A stretch of 63,241 nt of DNA, counting the filler, from Bigelowiella natans CCMP2755 (Eukaryota > Protista > Cercozoa), in NCBI GenBank assembly GCA_000320545.1. It is 8 parts of 8 records of this genome, joined end to end, with 100 filler letters (N's around TTAATTAATTAA, not from the genome) between each part and the next. Parts side by side here need not be neighbours in the genome. Positions count along the whole stretch, not along the records: positions 5,558 to 17,455 come from ADNK01001667.1; positions 17,556 to 44,494 come from ADNK01000757.1; 6 more parts are not named here. One strand, 5' to 3'. Positions 13,498 to 25,736 of this stretch are shown piece after piece. Numbering within the stretch: position 1 is the first letter of the stretch; each line of letters opens with the position of its first letter. Under the pieces are notes generated by a model, which ran no database searches, was not told where the DNA came from, and saw only the letters and a list, made by a program, of their open reading frames with translations. The translations under genes and the position numbers were made by a program.

Positions 13498-16400
13498 ATG
13501 GAGGCGGTAGCGAGAGAAAGAATCACGGAGAACGAGCAGCCCGAGGAGGACGAAGATGGGAAACTGGAGCCTCTAGAAGTGACGTACATTCGTTACTTCG
13601 ATTCTGAATCTGGGTAATCAAACTTGAAATTCTTCACAGTGCGTCTTTCCCAAAAACCTTTCAACAGTTGCATGATACCATGGCTGTGTTTGTGTTACTT
13701 TTTCCTTCGACAGATGCGAGTATTTCCTGAACTATAAAACACAGGAAACACAATGGGAAGCGCCCGAAGTCGGGAATGTGGTTCTAACTGATGCGGAATT
13801 TTTCCACTTGGAACCAAGTCATAAAGATTTAGTAGTAACATAAAATTATTCTTATTGTGTGGAAAGATTTGACAAGATGTGCAATTTCTTAGAAATCGCC
13901 TCCTGTCAGTCCCATCCTCTTCCTCACATACTTCCCTTGTGTACAAACGTGTTAACCAGATCAATCATTATCGGCATTGCACCGAAGAAGCAACAGCGAT
14001 ATACTACGTGCTAAAAGGCCTCCGAATTTGCAGATCCAACGTCTTGAATCTAGGGGTGCCCGAGTAAGAACAGTTTTTGACATATAAAGTAATATTTTGT
14101 GTCGTAGAGGAAAACCTAACTAAGTGTCTTATCATTCCTGTGGTACTACTTGACTGTAGAAATTTTTTGAGAATGAAACTAGCCCTGGTCCCCCCATTAC
14201 CCCTGAGGAATTTGAAAAGGTAATAGTAGTAGTAGAAGAAGAAGAAGTAGCAGTAGTAGTAGTAGTAATCGTATCTGCACCGATAGCAAAGCAAATAAAT
14301 TGTGGTTTGTAACTAATTCGCACCATATTTAGCCGGCTTTATGTCATCTGTCTTATTTTTACATGTAGAAATATGACTTTACTACTTCACGCAACGCTCA
14401 TAGTGACCATGTTCAAACCTCATTGCTTGCTTCAGCTGTTTTATGTAGTTAGTGTATGCATAACGGTATCAAACTAGTGGGAAAATAATAAACTTATGCA
14501 TTATATTTTTATCCTCCTGGACACAGGCAAAGAATGGAGAGCGAAACGAGAATGACGATACCGTCCTTATCTAGTAGTACCGATACAAATCATAGTATTA
14601 CATTTTAGTACTCTCCACCGTTAAACCAAATGTACCGAAGAACTCCTTGCTGTCAACATTTATACGATTTTTTCTTTCCTCTCCCTCCCCCCTGCTGTTC
14701 AATCCAAGTTGCATCCGTCGCTTCCAAATCTCAAAGGTGGTGCTAGAGAAATGTTATCATTATCAATTACTATACACGGAAAGGGATGATTTGATACTAT
14801 TATTTATTCCCTTCGTGGCCATATCTTCTTTCTTCTCCCAAGTCGATGTTTCTTTCTGTACCGTTGTGAATAACGTATTACGTCACTATGGTACAGCGGT
14901 CACTTACTCACTCACTTATATCTTTATTCAAAGGTGCAAGCCCTCGTGAAAAGGAACATCAACTTATACGAGCGCGACTGGTACGTATTTCTGGTGTTAA
15001 CTAAACTTCTCTTCAATTTGCTGCTGCACTATGATGTTATTAATATATCATCAAACGGTTTTCATCATCATCATACTCAATACTGATGATGCTGCTGCAT
15101 GCACATTTCCACCTGTATGCATGTAGAAGTTGAAGTAAGAAATGGTGGTAGCACGTACTACTACTACTACTACTACTACGACTACTACTACTACTACTAT
15201 CATGGATTGGTTATTAAGTAGTAGTGTTAGCGTTTCATAGGGGAGCAAATGTTTCTTACATCTCATAAACATCCTCTTCCGTGTCATTCTTCTATCTTAG
15301 TTCTTATTTTGCCCCCCCCCCCCCCCTCCCCCCCTTATTTTGTTTTTACTACTACATTATTTGAAGTTTTGGAGATATCCCTATTGATGTTGCTAGAAGA
15401 ATAAAGAAACTCATCCAAAAGTTTGACGAGTAATGAAGAAGAATCTTTTTTGTGCGTCTTCGTTTCTCATCATGTTGATAGTTAAGAAAGATGATGTTGG
15501 TGGACTTATGTTGTTGTGCTAATATGTTTGTATATGAGCACCAGAAACTAGCTGCATTGGCAGCCTGATGCATGGAACCACATAGCAGTTTTGTTTGTTT
15601 CGTGCCATTCTGACTTTATGCATATTGAATCTTCTTTATTCATTCATGGATTCTAAATATTTATTGTTTTGTTGCTATTTTGTAGTCGAAAGGAGGACGT
15701 TCGCAACCTAGATAAGATTATTGCAATATTAAATGAGGGCATGGAGAAATCTGCTTGGCGTAATAATGGTTATATAAACTAATAATCATGAAAATAGTAG
15801 GACATGATATCAGATACACATGGTTGGTTTCATGTTCATTTTTTTGCTGTCGGATAGTGTACTACTACTACTACTGCTACTACTACTACTACTACATAAA
15901 AAGTGGGTGGGTGGTAACAGCGTGTTATTATTGTTGTACAGAGGTGGTGTTATTGTTGTCGGTTTTATTTCTATTGCAAACCCAAATAGATATAAGTTGG
16001 TGGTTGTGGCAGCAGCAGCAGCCAACGTGCACATGGGATTCGTAATTCTAGCTGCTGTTTCTACTTGCTGCTGCTCCGCTCATCTTGCAACTGTATTTTG
16101 CGAATGATGACTCATATTTTTTTAATCTCCAAACGTACTCATTGTGACAACAAAGGCACAGCTATGGCAACAATGAAAAAAACAACAATTCCTACTTATG
16201 ATAATATTCAGGGTACTGTCTTCTAAAGTCATCCCAAAGGTCCATCAGCAAGATTAACGGTAATATCACTCAACGACATTGTTGAATCTGTGGCCGTTTA
16301 CACAGTGTTAATTACTCTTTTCCAGGGATTGTATGTGGTCCTTTGCGCACCTTAGCCGCAGTAAGTTTTGCAGCGATAGTTGGAGCGGTAACAAACTGAA
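13498..16400 (+). CDS. Multi-exon WW-domain protein (subtelomeric)
   Basis: ATG 13498. Exon 1 13498-13613 spliced (GT..AG) to an exon starting 13714 gives YIRYFDSESG-CEYFLNYKTQETQWEAP, a WW-domain pattern with the first Trp replaced by Tyr. Further short exons downstream; 3' end approximate. Confidence 0.6.
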
Positions 16401-16680
16401 CAACACACGCCTCTCACCAAAAGAAATAGAGTAGGAGAAGAAGAAGGAGAAGAAAGTGTGAAGACATGAAATATTAACGATCTTGCACTGTATTCATCAT
16501 CTTTCCATCCAACTTTGTGTGTTTTGGTTTCCATCATCAGGTTGCAGCCAACCTTAACGGTCTTTCGACGTTTTTTTCCATTGTCACATGAGAAACAAGA
16601 TGATGAGAAGTTGCGCGTTAAAAAAGAATGAAATCTGTTAAGGAGTGCCCGCACCATTTTCAATGAGCATCATTGTTATT

Positions 16681-17287
16681 GATCTCATTGCATTCGTGTG
16701 TTGTTCATGATGTGTGGCAGATGCCACACTCTTGTGGTCCATCTAGACATTCGAAGCGCAAAGCATGGCTCAATGCGCATGTGCGCCATCCATGCAATGA
16801 CAACATTCAGCGAAATCATTGCGACATTTTGACATTGCTACGACAAGCGCAAACAGAAATTGCGACAAAATGTTCCTTTGCTGCCAACTGCAGCAACTGC
16901 AAAACAAACAGCCAGTCGCACAAATCACGCAAAACTGACAATCACAGCAGAGACCCAGCAATGACTCTGGACCTAGCTTGGTGCAGCCAGGCAGCAGCAT
17001 GCAAATCAACAATGCACGTGAGAATTGGGCAGTGAGAGTCAGCACAGTAGTTGAAAAATGGGGGTTGAAAGTTGCGGGTTGAGAGTTGAGTTTTCAGAAT
17101 TGGAAGTGAAAAATTGGGATTTGTGCAGTTGCACAAGTGCTACGCGCCCAGTGTAAGGCGCTGATTAGGCGACATTGGGGGGCAGCAGTCAGGTGCTGTT
17201 GCTGAGACATTGACATGGATGTTGGGGAGCAGCAGTCACGTGCTGTTGCTGAGACATTGAAACAGTCAACGAGGTGTTTCTGCGACA
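16681..17287. repeat. Subtelomeric TpA-depleted tract with a 32-nt duplication (GCAGCAGTCA[G/C]GTGCTGTTGCTGAGACATTGA, about 17182-17260)
   Basis: Hand count of 7 TpA in about 610 nt; ORFs 16673-17035 and 16770-17045 contain no Tyr. Confidence 0.75.
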
Positions 17288-17455
17288 AGGGTTAGGGTTA
17301 GGGTTAGGGTTAGGGTTAGGGTTAGGGTTAGGGTTAGGGTTAGGGTTAGGGTTAGGGTTAGGGTTAGGGTTAGGGTTAGGGTTAGGGTTAGGGTTAGGGT
17401 TAGGGTTAGGGTTAGGGTTAGGGTTAGGGTTAGGGTTAGGGTTAGGGTAGGGTTA
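17288..17455 (+). repeat. Telomeric (TTAGGG)n array, about 28 units
   Basis: Near-perfect TTAGGG repeat; the G-rich strand runs 5'->3' toward the contig end, as expected for a true chromosome end. Confidence 0.97.
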
Positions 17456-17555
17456 NNNNNNNNNNNNNNNNNNNNNNNNNNNNNNNNNNNNNNNNNNNNT
17501 TAATTAATTAANNNNNNNNNNNNNNNNNNNNNNNNNNNNNNNNNNNNNNNNNNNN
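17456..17555. other. Artificial contig spacer
   Basis: N44-TTAATTAATTAA-N44. Confidence 0.98.
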
Positions 17556-18307
17556 ACATAAGTGGAGATGGAAGCAGAAATGGTGCGTTTGTTGTAGGCA
17601 GTACAAAAGTGCCATGGACATCATAAGACCCCCCCCTTGCATAGCGTGTGATGGTATCTTTGCGGTACAAGGGCTATATATAAGATTCTCTTGTTCGTAC
17701 GGTTTCCCGATAGACAGCTAAGTTCGCAACGGGTGGATGGAGCTGGGGTAGAAGCGATCAGAAGGAATGGATTTTCACCCCGGGAGCGGGGGGGGGGGGG
17801 GGAATTTGGAAATTAGCGAGGTATCGTTGGTCTCTTCAATAATTGTTCTTATATTATGAAGGTGTTTATTTCTCTGAGGTAGTACATCGTTTGAGAGGCT
17901 GTCAAAGTCGAAGAGCTGGATGGCGAGGTAGAGTTTCTTGTCCTCCTGGAAAGTATAAATATATATATTTAAATATATATTTTTTTGTTATATATGAAGA
18001 AAAATAAAAAAAAAAGGGCCAACCGACGACACTTTTCCATCATACGAAAAATGGCTACATCGTAGAACTGAAATCCTTGATGATGTCATCGATTCTGTGT
18101 CACAATCGTCGTCGTCCGGTGTCAAACCCGTGCTTACATTGTGCATGCCGTGAAAGTGCCGCCTCGAGTTCCACACGGGCTTGTTGGCATTGAGACGGTA
18201 GGGTGTTCTCATGGCATTCGTTAGATGATCATTTCCGTGCTCATCTACTCCCAGAACGACGTAAAAAATGAGTACACATCATATGCTACACACAACAAAC
18301 AAGTAGA

Positions 18308-18347
<40 letters not shown>

Positions 18348-18953
18348 AAAGGGGAGCAGGGTTACGCACGGGCTTATGTTACCTTCAGACAGGAAGAATG
18401 AAGCATAAGCATCTGCCTTGCGAACTTCGGAGTTAAGAGATGAGTCACAATCAGGCACGCCCTCCGCTGATATCTGCCGTCAGGAGCAGTGAAGATCACA
18501 ATGTGATGACAGTGATGACGATGGCAATAACGAAGACAAAAACAGCAATATCATGAGTAGTCAAGGCATTAGGAGTAAGGATTATACGGGGATTGAGAAA
18601 GATCATAGGGTTCCAAGTACTGATCCACACTTCAAAGCGAAATGCATCTCTTACCATGTTCACCACAATATCGAATGACGTTTTGTGATCGCCCTTGATC
18701 TTCACATGATCCGTGCCTTTTTGATCCAAAATAGATGTGCTGAGGGGGTGGAGGGGGGGGGACACAGAGCAATCATTTAGCTCTCTTTAGCGCATTTACT
18801 TTGCGCATGGTGATGGTGATAACCAAACAAGTCAGGTTCTGCATGCCAACCCAGGAATCGTACATTGCGAGTCATGCAGATACATCTATGACTATGTCCT
18901 GATACCGAACCAACAGTTCAACCCCAAACCCTTCATTATCACCAGCATCCCAT
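17556..18953 (-). CDS. C2-domain-containing protein, multi-exon, 3' part cut by the contig end
   Basis: Spliced segments ADAYASFFLSE, MRTPYRLNANKPVWNSRRHF and KKLYLAIQLFDFDSLSND match C2-domain strands (DPY, KT..NPVW, DxD). Possible MGC start at 18953 is uncertain. Confidence 0.6.
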
Positions 18954-19029
18954 GATAACGTTGGTCGCCTTGAGATTCGGAAAGTTTGATGTCTGGCCAG
19001 CGCTCGGGTCTGGTCTGCGAATCTATTTT

Positions 19030-20600
19030 TGAGTCAGAAATGATAGAAACCGGATGTGTTTTGACACTGCGACATCATTATTTGAATGAAATGTAATGAA
19101 AAACGCCTCGTTTCATTGGAGCGCTGAACCCGCATTCATTCAAAGCTAGTTCGATGCACTGCGTTTCGTGCACTGCAAAAATGTCTTGCAACGTTTTGGA
19201 AATGCAGTTCATCATCTTTGTTCATTGTTTGTTCACACGTCATGTTCATTCGCAGAGTGAAACCATTGAAGTCTCAATCTCCACTCACACGTCGGGCTTC
19301 CGCGTTCTGCCCTTCATTCTTGAGTGTTCAACTGCTGATCGCTGCATCGCACGAGCTTCGGTTGCACTCAGAGGGGAACGCGCGACGCTGCTCGTTGGTC
19401 CTTGGGTGAGCCTTGTCTCTGCACGTCGGACCTGTCTAAGCGCTCGATTGTGGCCGCTGCGGCCGGCGGGTGTGAACGAACCCTCAACTTTCATTGTGCG
19501 GCGTGCTGACTGGAGGGTGTGCCAGTGTGGACGAGCCAGCACATCGACCACTCTTTCAGGTCCCCTCTTGGAACCACTTCGGTCATTCACTCATTGAAAC
19601 ATCAGACGCAGGTCGATCACGGTTTGACATTCAACACGATCATCATCGACGCACAAAGAACACGATGCACAAACAACACGCTTGTGCGCTGCTGACGTGA
19701 AGACGCACCTCACTGGCTCAAGCAACAAACAAGGTGCAAGTGAAACCAGCCACGAAGATGGGTGGTTTTGGAAAACTGGCCAAACAAAGGGCACCAAGTG
19801 AAGAAAGGGGATGAGTGGGAAAGCTGGCGAACACGCTAGTGCGTGCGAATGAGGCGAAAGTGCAGCTTCGAAGAGAGCCTTTCCAATTTGGCAATGCCAA
19901 AGTGACCTGTGGACCATGGAGGAGAACTCAGTGAACGAACAAAGCACTTTCAATGCGTGATCTGCAGAGACCACAAGACGCACTCTGGCACTGACACTGA
20001 CGAAATGAACCCTCAATTTCATTGGCTTGATTGGTGTTCTCATTGTGGTCATTTGGCCGGGCTAGCGGGGGACACGGCTTGTCGGACTGAATCTTGCTGC
20101 CTTGTGCATCCCTGGCATCCTTTCAAACGCTCCAATGAAATCACTTCTAGACTATTTCCTGTCCCATCTCTCTTTTTTCTTTCTTTCTTGTGCGTCAAGA
20201 GGTAACGTGACAGTGGGCTTGAAGAAACGTGAGAATAATTGCCACAATAAGCAATGGATGACCATGCATGCTAGCATGCACACCAGTGGCACAAGATGAA
20301 AGCTAGAAAGAGGACAACATTGCACACAGTGAGATCAATGGATCGAAGGATCAGCCACATGCACTTCTAGCTATAGACTTGCTGTGTGTGCACACAAGCA
20401 TGCAAGCACGCGCAGTGCGCAGTGATTGCCGGTAGCGGAGACATGACATTTGCGTTTGTCATCTCATGGTGTGCTTGCAGTATGCTGATATGCCATGTTT
20501 CGTGTTCGTGATGCTCAAAATTATCAACATCACATGAACCCATGCCCACACCCACTAAATCCAACACCAACATTCTAAACATTGTTCTCTAGTTGTGCAG
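19030..20600. repeat. Intergenic TpA-depleted tract, probably a hypermutated transposon relic
   Basis: Hand count for 19141-20150 gives 5 TpA (4 CTAG, 1 CTAA). CpG is abundant. Overlapping ORFs lack Tyr. Confidence 0.8.
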
Positions 20601-20769
20601 ACAGAATTTGTAATGATTAGCGAACATGTTTTCTGCAAATGACACACAAAGTAGAGTATCCCAATAGCTTTTCTTTGTAAGAAATTTTCGACAAAGCTAA
20701 GAGTTCCTTCTCCTCTCTCACCATATAATAATTAAGTCACATGTCGCCAGCTCCCCCAGATTGGTAGTT

Positions 20770-21534
20770 TCAGAGCTGTTCTGGAGCAGGCGGCTCAGCC
20801 GGCTCAGCCAGCTCAACTCCAGCGCCGCCCTTAGCGGTAGAAAAAGCGCACGCAAAACCAAATAAGAGCACGCGGGAGAACGGGGACAGAGAGACATACG
20901 GTGTACCGACATTTCGAAAGATAATTTGATTTCTTGTGCATGGGTGTGCGGTGCAGGAGAAGAGGAAGACAAGAATCCGACCGACGAGCGATCATTCGGC
21001 CGTGTCGTCAGAAATTCACGCAACTAACCCCACTCGCCCATTCGGACAACACAGGGAGACACGTGGGATTAAAGCATTACCTCCTCCTCCTCCTCCTTCT
21101 TCTGCTGCTTCCTCATCCCCTGGGCCTTAAGGATCGGTTCGACCTACAAATGATGGAAAAGGAGGAGGAAGAGAAAGAAGTCAAGGTCAGGCCACGCTAC
21201 GGCTGAAGTCAGCTGCGCTGTCTGAATCAGATACAAATCTGTGATTTACAACATTATGCCGTGTTTTATCAGCCACCTTCTGCTGCCAGGCTTGCTGCAG
21301 CTTCTCCGATCCTTCTTTTCCCTTCTCCTGCGATGATGGGAGAGAGCGAGAAATAACCAGAAAAATAAGACAAAAAGGAGGGTAGGGACGAGGAGGGGGA
21401 GGAGGAGGAGAAAGAGATGACGGAGCAGCAACACATCACACAAAGCATCGTCATCACCATCATCATCATCATCGCTGTAAGGATATCAGCTTATTACGGT
21501 GGCTCCATCGATATTGTCGTAATCATCGTCACCG

Positions 21535-21566
<32 letters not shown>

Positions 21567-21673
21567 GCGTCATCATGCATGCTACCTTTGCCTGTTCGTA
21601 GAGCTGCTTCACGGCAGGGGCGTACTTACTGTCCCACTCCTTCCCCATCTTTGATGATTTGCCAAAATGCTCA

Positions 21674-21704
<31 letters not shown>

Positions 21705-21903
21705 CGCGCGCGCGCTTGCGCTTGATTGCTTGCATTTGACCCTCCCCCCCCAAGACGAGACGACTCTTCTAAGCTCCGTCCATCTACCTTCGTTTGGACC
21801 GACTTCATGTACTCCTGCAACGTCTGTCCCTTCTCTTTGCCTTGCTCTCTGTAGATTATGATGATCATGATCATGATCATGGGGACGGGGCACAGCGAAA
21901 TTA

Positions 21904-21950
<47 letters not shown>

Positions 21951-22398
21951 TGTGTTGTGTTAGCCCATATCCATGCATCGTGCATTCGAATAGCGCAAGT
22001 GTGCAGATAATATTCAGGCAGCAAACTCACACACACAAAAACACACATCACCGCGTAATAAGTCATGTTTTGGTCGCTACCCTATCTTCTTCAACTCAGA
22101 GGAGGCCAAACCGTAAAGAACCTTGGCCTGAGCTGTGGCAGGCTGGAAGCAAACAACCAGATGATACAACAAACCATAGAGACGATAGGAAGAAATGAGC
22201 AATCGCTTCTAAATAATGAGCGGGAATGTGGGATAATAAAGAGCGATTATCTATATTGTCTACTACACAGAAAGCCGTACTAGCACTGGTAGTGGTAAAG
22301 AAAGTAGTATATTTGTTGCTGTTTCAGTACCTTGGCTACTTTCTCGTTCAGATATCTGTCGCAACACAAAGATACTCATACACGCACGAACATATATG

Positions 22399-22444
<46 letters not shown>

Positions 22445-22911
22445 CCTCTCTTCGTGTGCGTGTCTGCATATATCGTGCCATATTCATGTTTCAATCATTT
22501 TCCTGCTCCTCTTACTTGGCTGTGTCGCTCTTGAGGAACTCTTCCTTCTTCTCCTTCAGCTTCTCAGAGGCCACTTCTAGATTCTTGTCCGCCCAATCAA
22601 CGGCTGGTAGGGTTTATGATGATGGTGATGATGGTGATGATGATGATGAGGATGATGATGGTAAAAGAGGAGGAGGAGGAGGAGGAGGAGGAGGAGGAGG
22701 TGGTGGTGGTGGTGATACTGTAGTAATATAAATAGCACCTGGTGCAGAAACTTCCTTAACCTTTTCGACCATAGGGGCCATCTTGTCTGACACCTTCTTC
22801 TCGGCATCCTTTTATCATGTCAATGGTTGTTGAGATATTTGGTTTTTTCGTGATTGCGCAGCAAATTTAGGGCATCGTGTACATATTTCTATTATTTGCT
22901 AAGATCTCCGA

Positions 22912-22987
<76 letters not shown>

Positions 22988-22988
22988 C

Positions 22989-23020
<32 letters not shown>

Positions 23021-24014
23021 TATTTGCATAAAATCCCGTAAAATTTTTACGTATTCGGAGGAAAAGTTACATACCTCGAATTTCTTCTTCATGTCGTCGG
23101 ACATCTTGGACTTGGCAAACCCCGACATAGCGCCGTATCTATGTATTTTGCACCATCGCACGGTCGTCATCATAAAATATTTTTTTTATGAATCTTCACG
23201 AACATATCTGGATCGGGTGCGTCTGTGTATGCGTTTAGCCCTTACAGTGACGTCGCCCCGCCTGCAACAGCTGCGAGGCCCCCGGAGAGCATGCCTGAGG
23301 AAAATGAGGATGCATCATTAGCCTTAGAGGATACCATGATGATATATGGTAGAGCGCAAATACGACGCACTCACGCACGTACGCATGTGGACGAACTTTT
23401 GTGGGCGTTCACGCGGGTGTGAGTTTATGTGTGTGTGCGCGCGCGTACTGTGTGTATTGTGTCATACCTTCAGCTTCCTTCTTCTTAAAATCCTCTCCTT
23501 CAGACACGAAAACCTGATTTCGGAGATAGACTGTTACTTCTGATTCTTTTAATTTCTGTCGCGAAATACCTTGTCTTCGGGCATGAGGTCCTCGGGATCA
23601 TCGACTTCAGCGCCGTTGGTGATGTAGAAACATCTGAAAATGACATGATTGTTTGGTCGAGAGCAGCCTCACATAGAGATACATAGATAGATAAATATTT
23701 TGGAAGGGCATGGAGAACTGTCCCACGCCTTTACATCCACGCTCTAATATTTGTCACGGTATAGGAGGGGTAGGGGCGACATACTTCGTGAATTTCTTTT
23801 CAACTTTCAACTTCTTCGCGCATTTGGCCATGAATTCTTCAAAGGAATCGCCATCCTGCGAAGAAGGAAAAGATCATGCGTTGTTCTCTCTTGCCCCCCC
23901 TCTCCCCCTCACCCTCCCATCTCCTCGTGTAAATGTTGAGACCTTGACAATGACAATGGTGGGGGTTCCTTCATAGTCCCCGTTCTCGGACACAAATACG
24001 CGTGTTTTCGACAT
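20770..24014 (-). CDS. Multi-exon protein: N-terminal KHA/doublecortin-like domain plus Lys/Glu/Ala-rich amphipathic helical region (perilipin/REF-SRPP-like)
   Basis: GT-AG exon chain reads in frame: MSKTRVFVSENGDYEGTPTIVIVK-DGDSFEEFMAKCAKKLKVEKKFTK-CFYITNGAEVDDPEDLMPEDK-VFVSEGEDFKK...LYGAMSGFAKSKMSDDMKKKFE-DAEKKVSDKMAPMVEKVKEVSAP-AVDWADKNLEVASEKLKEKK... The last exons and stop (20770) are less certain. Confidence 0.7.
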
Positions 24015-24268
24015 CCTTGCTTTCGAGCGGAGGGGAGGATAGGATGATCGATTTGTGATGATGGAGGTGGCTACGGCACGTTGGCGGCACAGGTCAGACC
24101 AAACCCAGGCCGTTTTCCACAGAATTACATCCATTAAAATATCCCAAGAGACGTTCGAATCAAGTCGCAGGTCGAAAACGTCATGCGTCTGGCATATGAG
24201 AGGCCGAAACCGCACGGCGCTGGATCTATCCTTCTGAACCGCAAGAATTCCGATTCCGTGAGCTCGCC

Positions 24269-24940
24269 ATGCTCAGCCCTCGCACGCACAACTTTGTGTC
24301 GTATGCGGGCGCCGCTGCGGTGCTCGCCCTTCTGTGGCCCTACTCGAAGTCATCCGCCAGCAAAAGCGTCGGCTTCGTGATGTGGGTAGCGCACTTCGCG
24401 CGGCGAGCACTGGAGACCGTCTTTGTGTTTCATTTCTCAGGATCCATTGTGCCTGTGGCGGATAGCGCTCAAGAGTTTGCGTACTACTGGCTTTTCGCTG
24501 CGTGGATATCCCAATCAATTTCTCGCGTGGCCCCTATATCAGAACAGCCACGAATGGCGCAGATTCTGCACCTCGCCGGGGTGGCAATTTGGGCGACGAG
24601 TCAATACGCAAACCATTGCTGCCATCGAAGCCTGGCCCGGAACAAGGACAAGAGCAGAAGAGTTTCATCTGGCGGATACCTCTTCGATATTGTGACATGT
24701 CCCCATTACTTCTTCGAGATCCTCTCTTGGGTGGGTTTTAACCTAGCGACGCACTTCACAGTTCCAGGAGTGCTGTTTGCCAGTGCTGGCTCCGTGATAA
24801 TGACCTGTTGGGCGGCCCAGAAGCATCAACGATACCAATCAGTCAAATCAACAGCATCTACAAGACACACTGCCATCTTTCCGTTTGTAGATTTCAAACC
24901 GCCGCATTGGTTAGTGGACTCGCTAGCTAAAGTAGCATGA
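24269..24940 (+). CDS. Steroid 5-alpha-reductase / trans-2-enoyl-CoA reductase (TECR-like) membrane protein, intronless
   Basis: 223-aa ORF with HFARRALETVFVFHFS, GGYLFDIVTCPHYFFEILSWVGF, WAAQKHQRY and AIFPF, all Steroid_dh family motifs. Confidence 0.88.
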   Translation: MLSPRTHNFVSYAGAAAVLALLWPYSKSSASKSVGFVMWVAHFARRALETVFVFHFSGSIVPVADSAQEFAYYWLFAAWISQSISRVAPISEQPRMAQILHLAGVAIWATSQYANHCCHRSLARNKDKSRRVSSGGYLFDIVTCPHYFFEILSWVGFNLATHFTVPGVLFASAGSVIMTCWAAQKHQRYQSVKSTASTRHTAIFPFVDFKPPHWLVDSLAKVA

Positions 24941-25736
24941 AACTTTCTCTACGTGAATCTGCCTGCATGGAGCGCGAAAGCACACTGCATAGAATCCTAA
25001 GATACTGTTATACTGTTGAATCTTTATCGAAATACAAAACCTTAACATATATCATCTGGCTTGTGATGTGTGTGTTAATGCCATGGTCATGCATGTGCGG
25101 CTTAGTTCAACACGATCTCCCGCCCGCGCGTATAAGTATGAATTGGGGTTCAGCATTTAAGTCTATGTAGCATAAAGGCGCATTCTTGGACACTATTGCT
25201 GTCCTAAAACATGAAAGAGCGCATTATATAATGCTGTCCGTACCAAGCACTGAAATATATACAGTATTTCGAAGGTTGTATAACAAAAACAATTCGCCAT
25301 GTTTTGGAGCTGCGAGGCGTAGCCGCGTATCGTAGCATGTCTAAATGTTCATATATATTAGATGATGTTTGGGGAAGATATGGTGCGATTTACGATAAGA
25401 GTAATTTTAATTGCATGCAAATTATCCAAATGTATCTGTACATAATAATATGCTTATCCCATGGGTGTAGGACCACGTATTGCGTACATCTAAAAAACAT
25501 CATCTCTCCGGCTACTTCTAATTTCAATTTCGTCAACTTAGTCCTCTGTGTGCCACCATCACTCTAGCCGAGCACTATAATCTTGGTAAAGCTGAATATG
25601 CGCGCCGAACGGCATGCGTCATACGGTGAAAACATCATGTGTCGTACAAATCTGTAGGAATGCGAAGCTTCCAAATAGCAACGATGCCGCGGCGCTAGCT
25701 TTGGCCCAACCCATTTGTTTGTATGAGATTGGCTTT

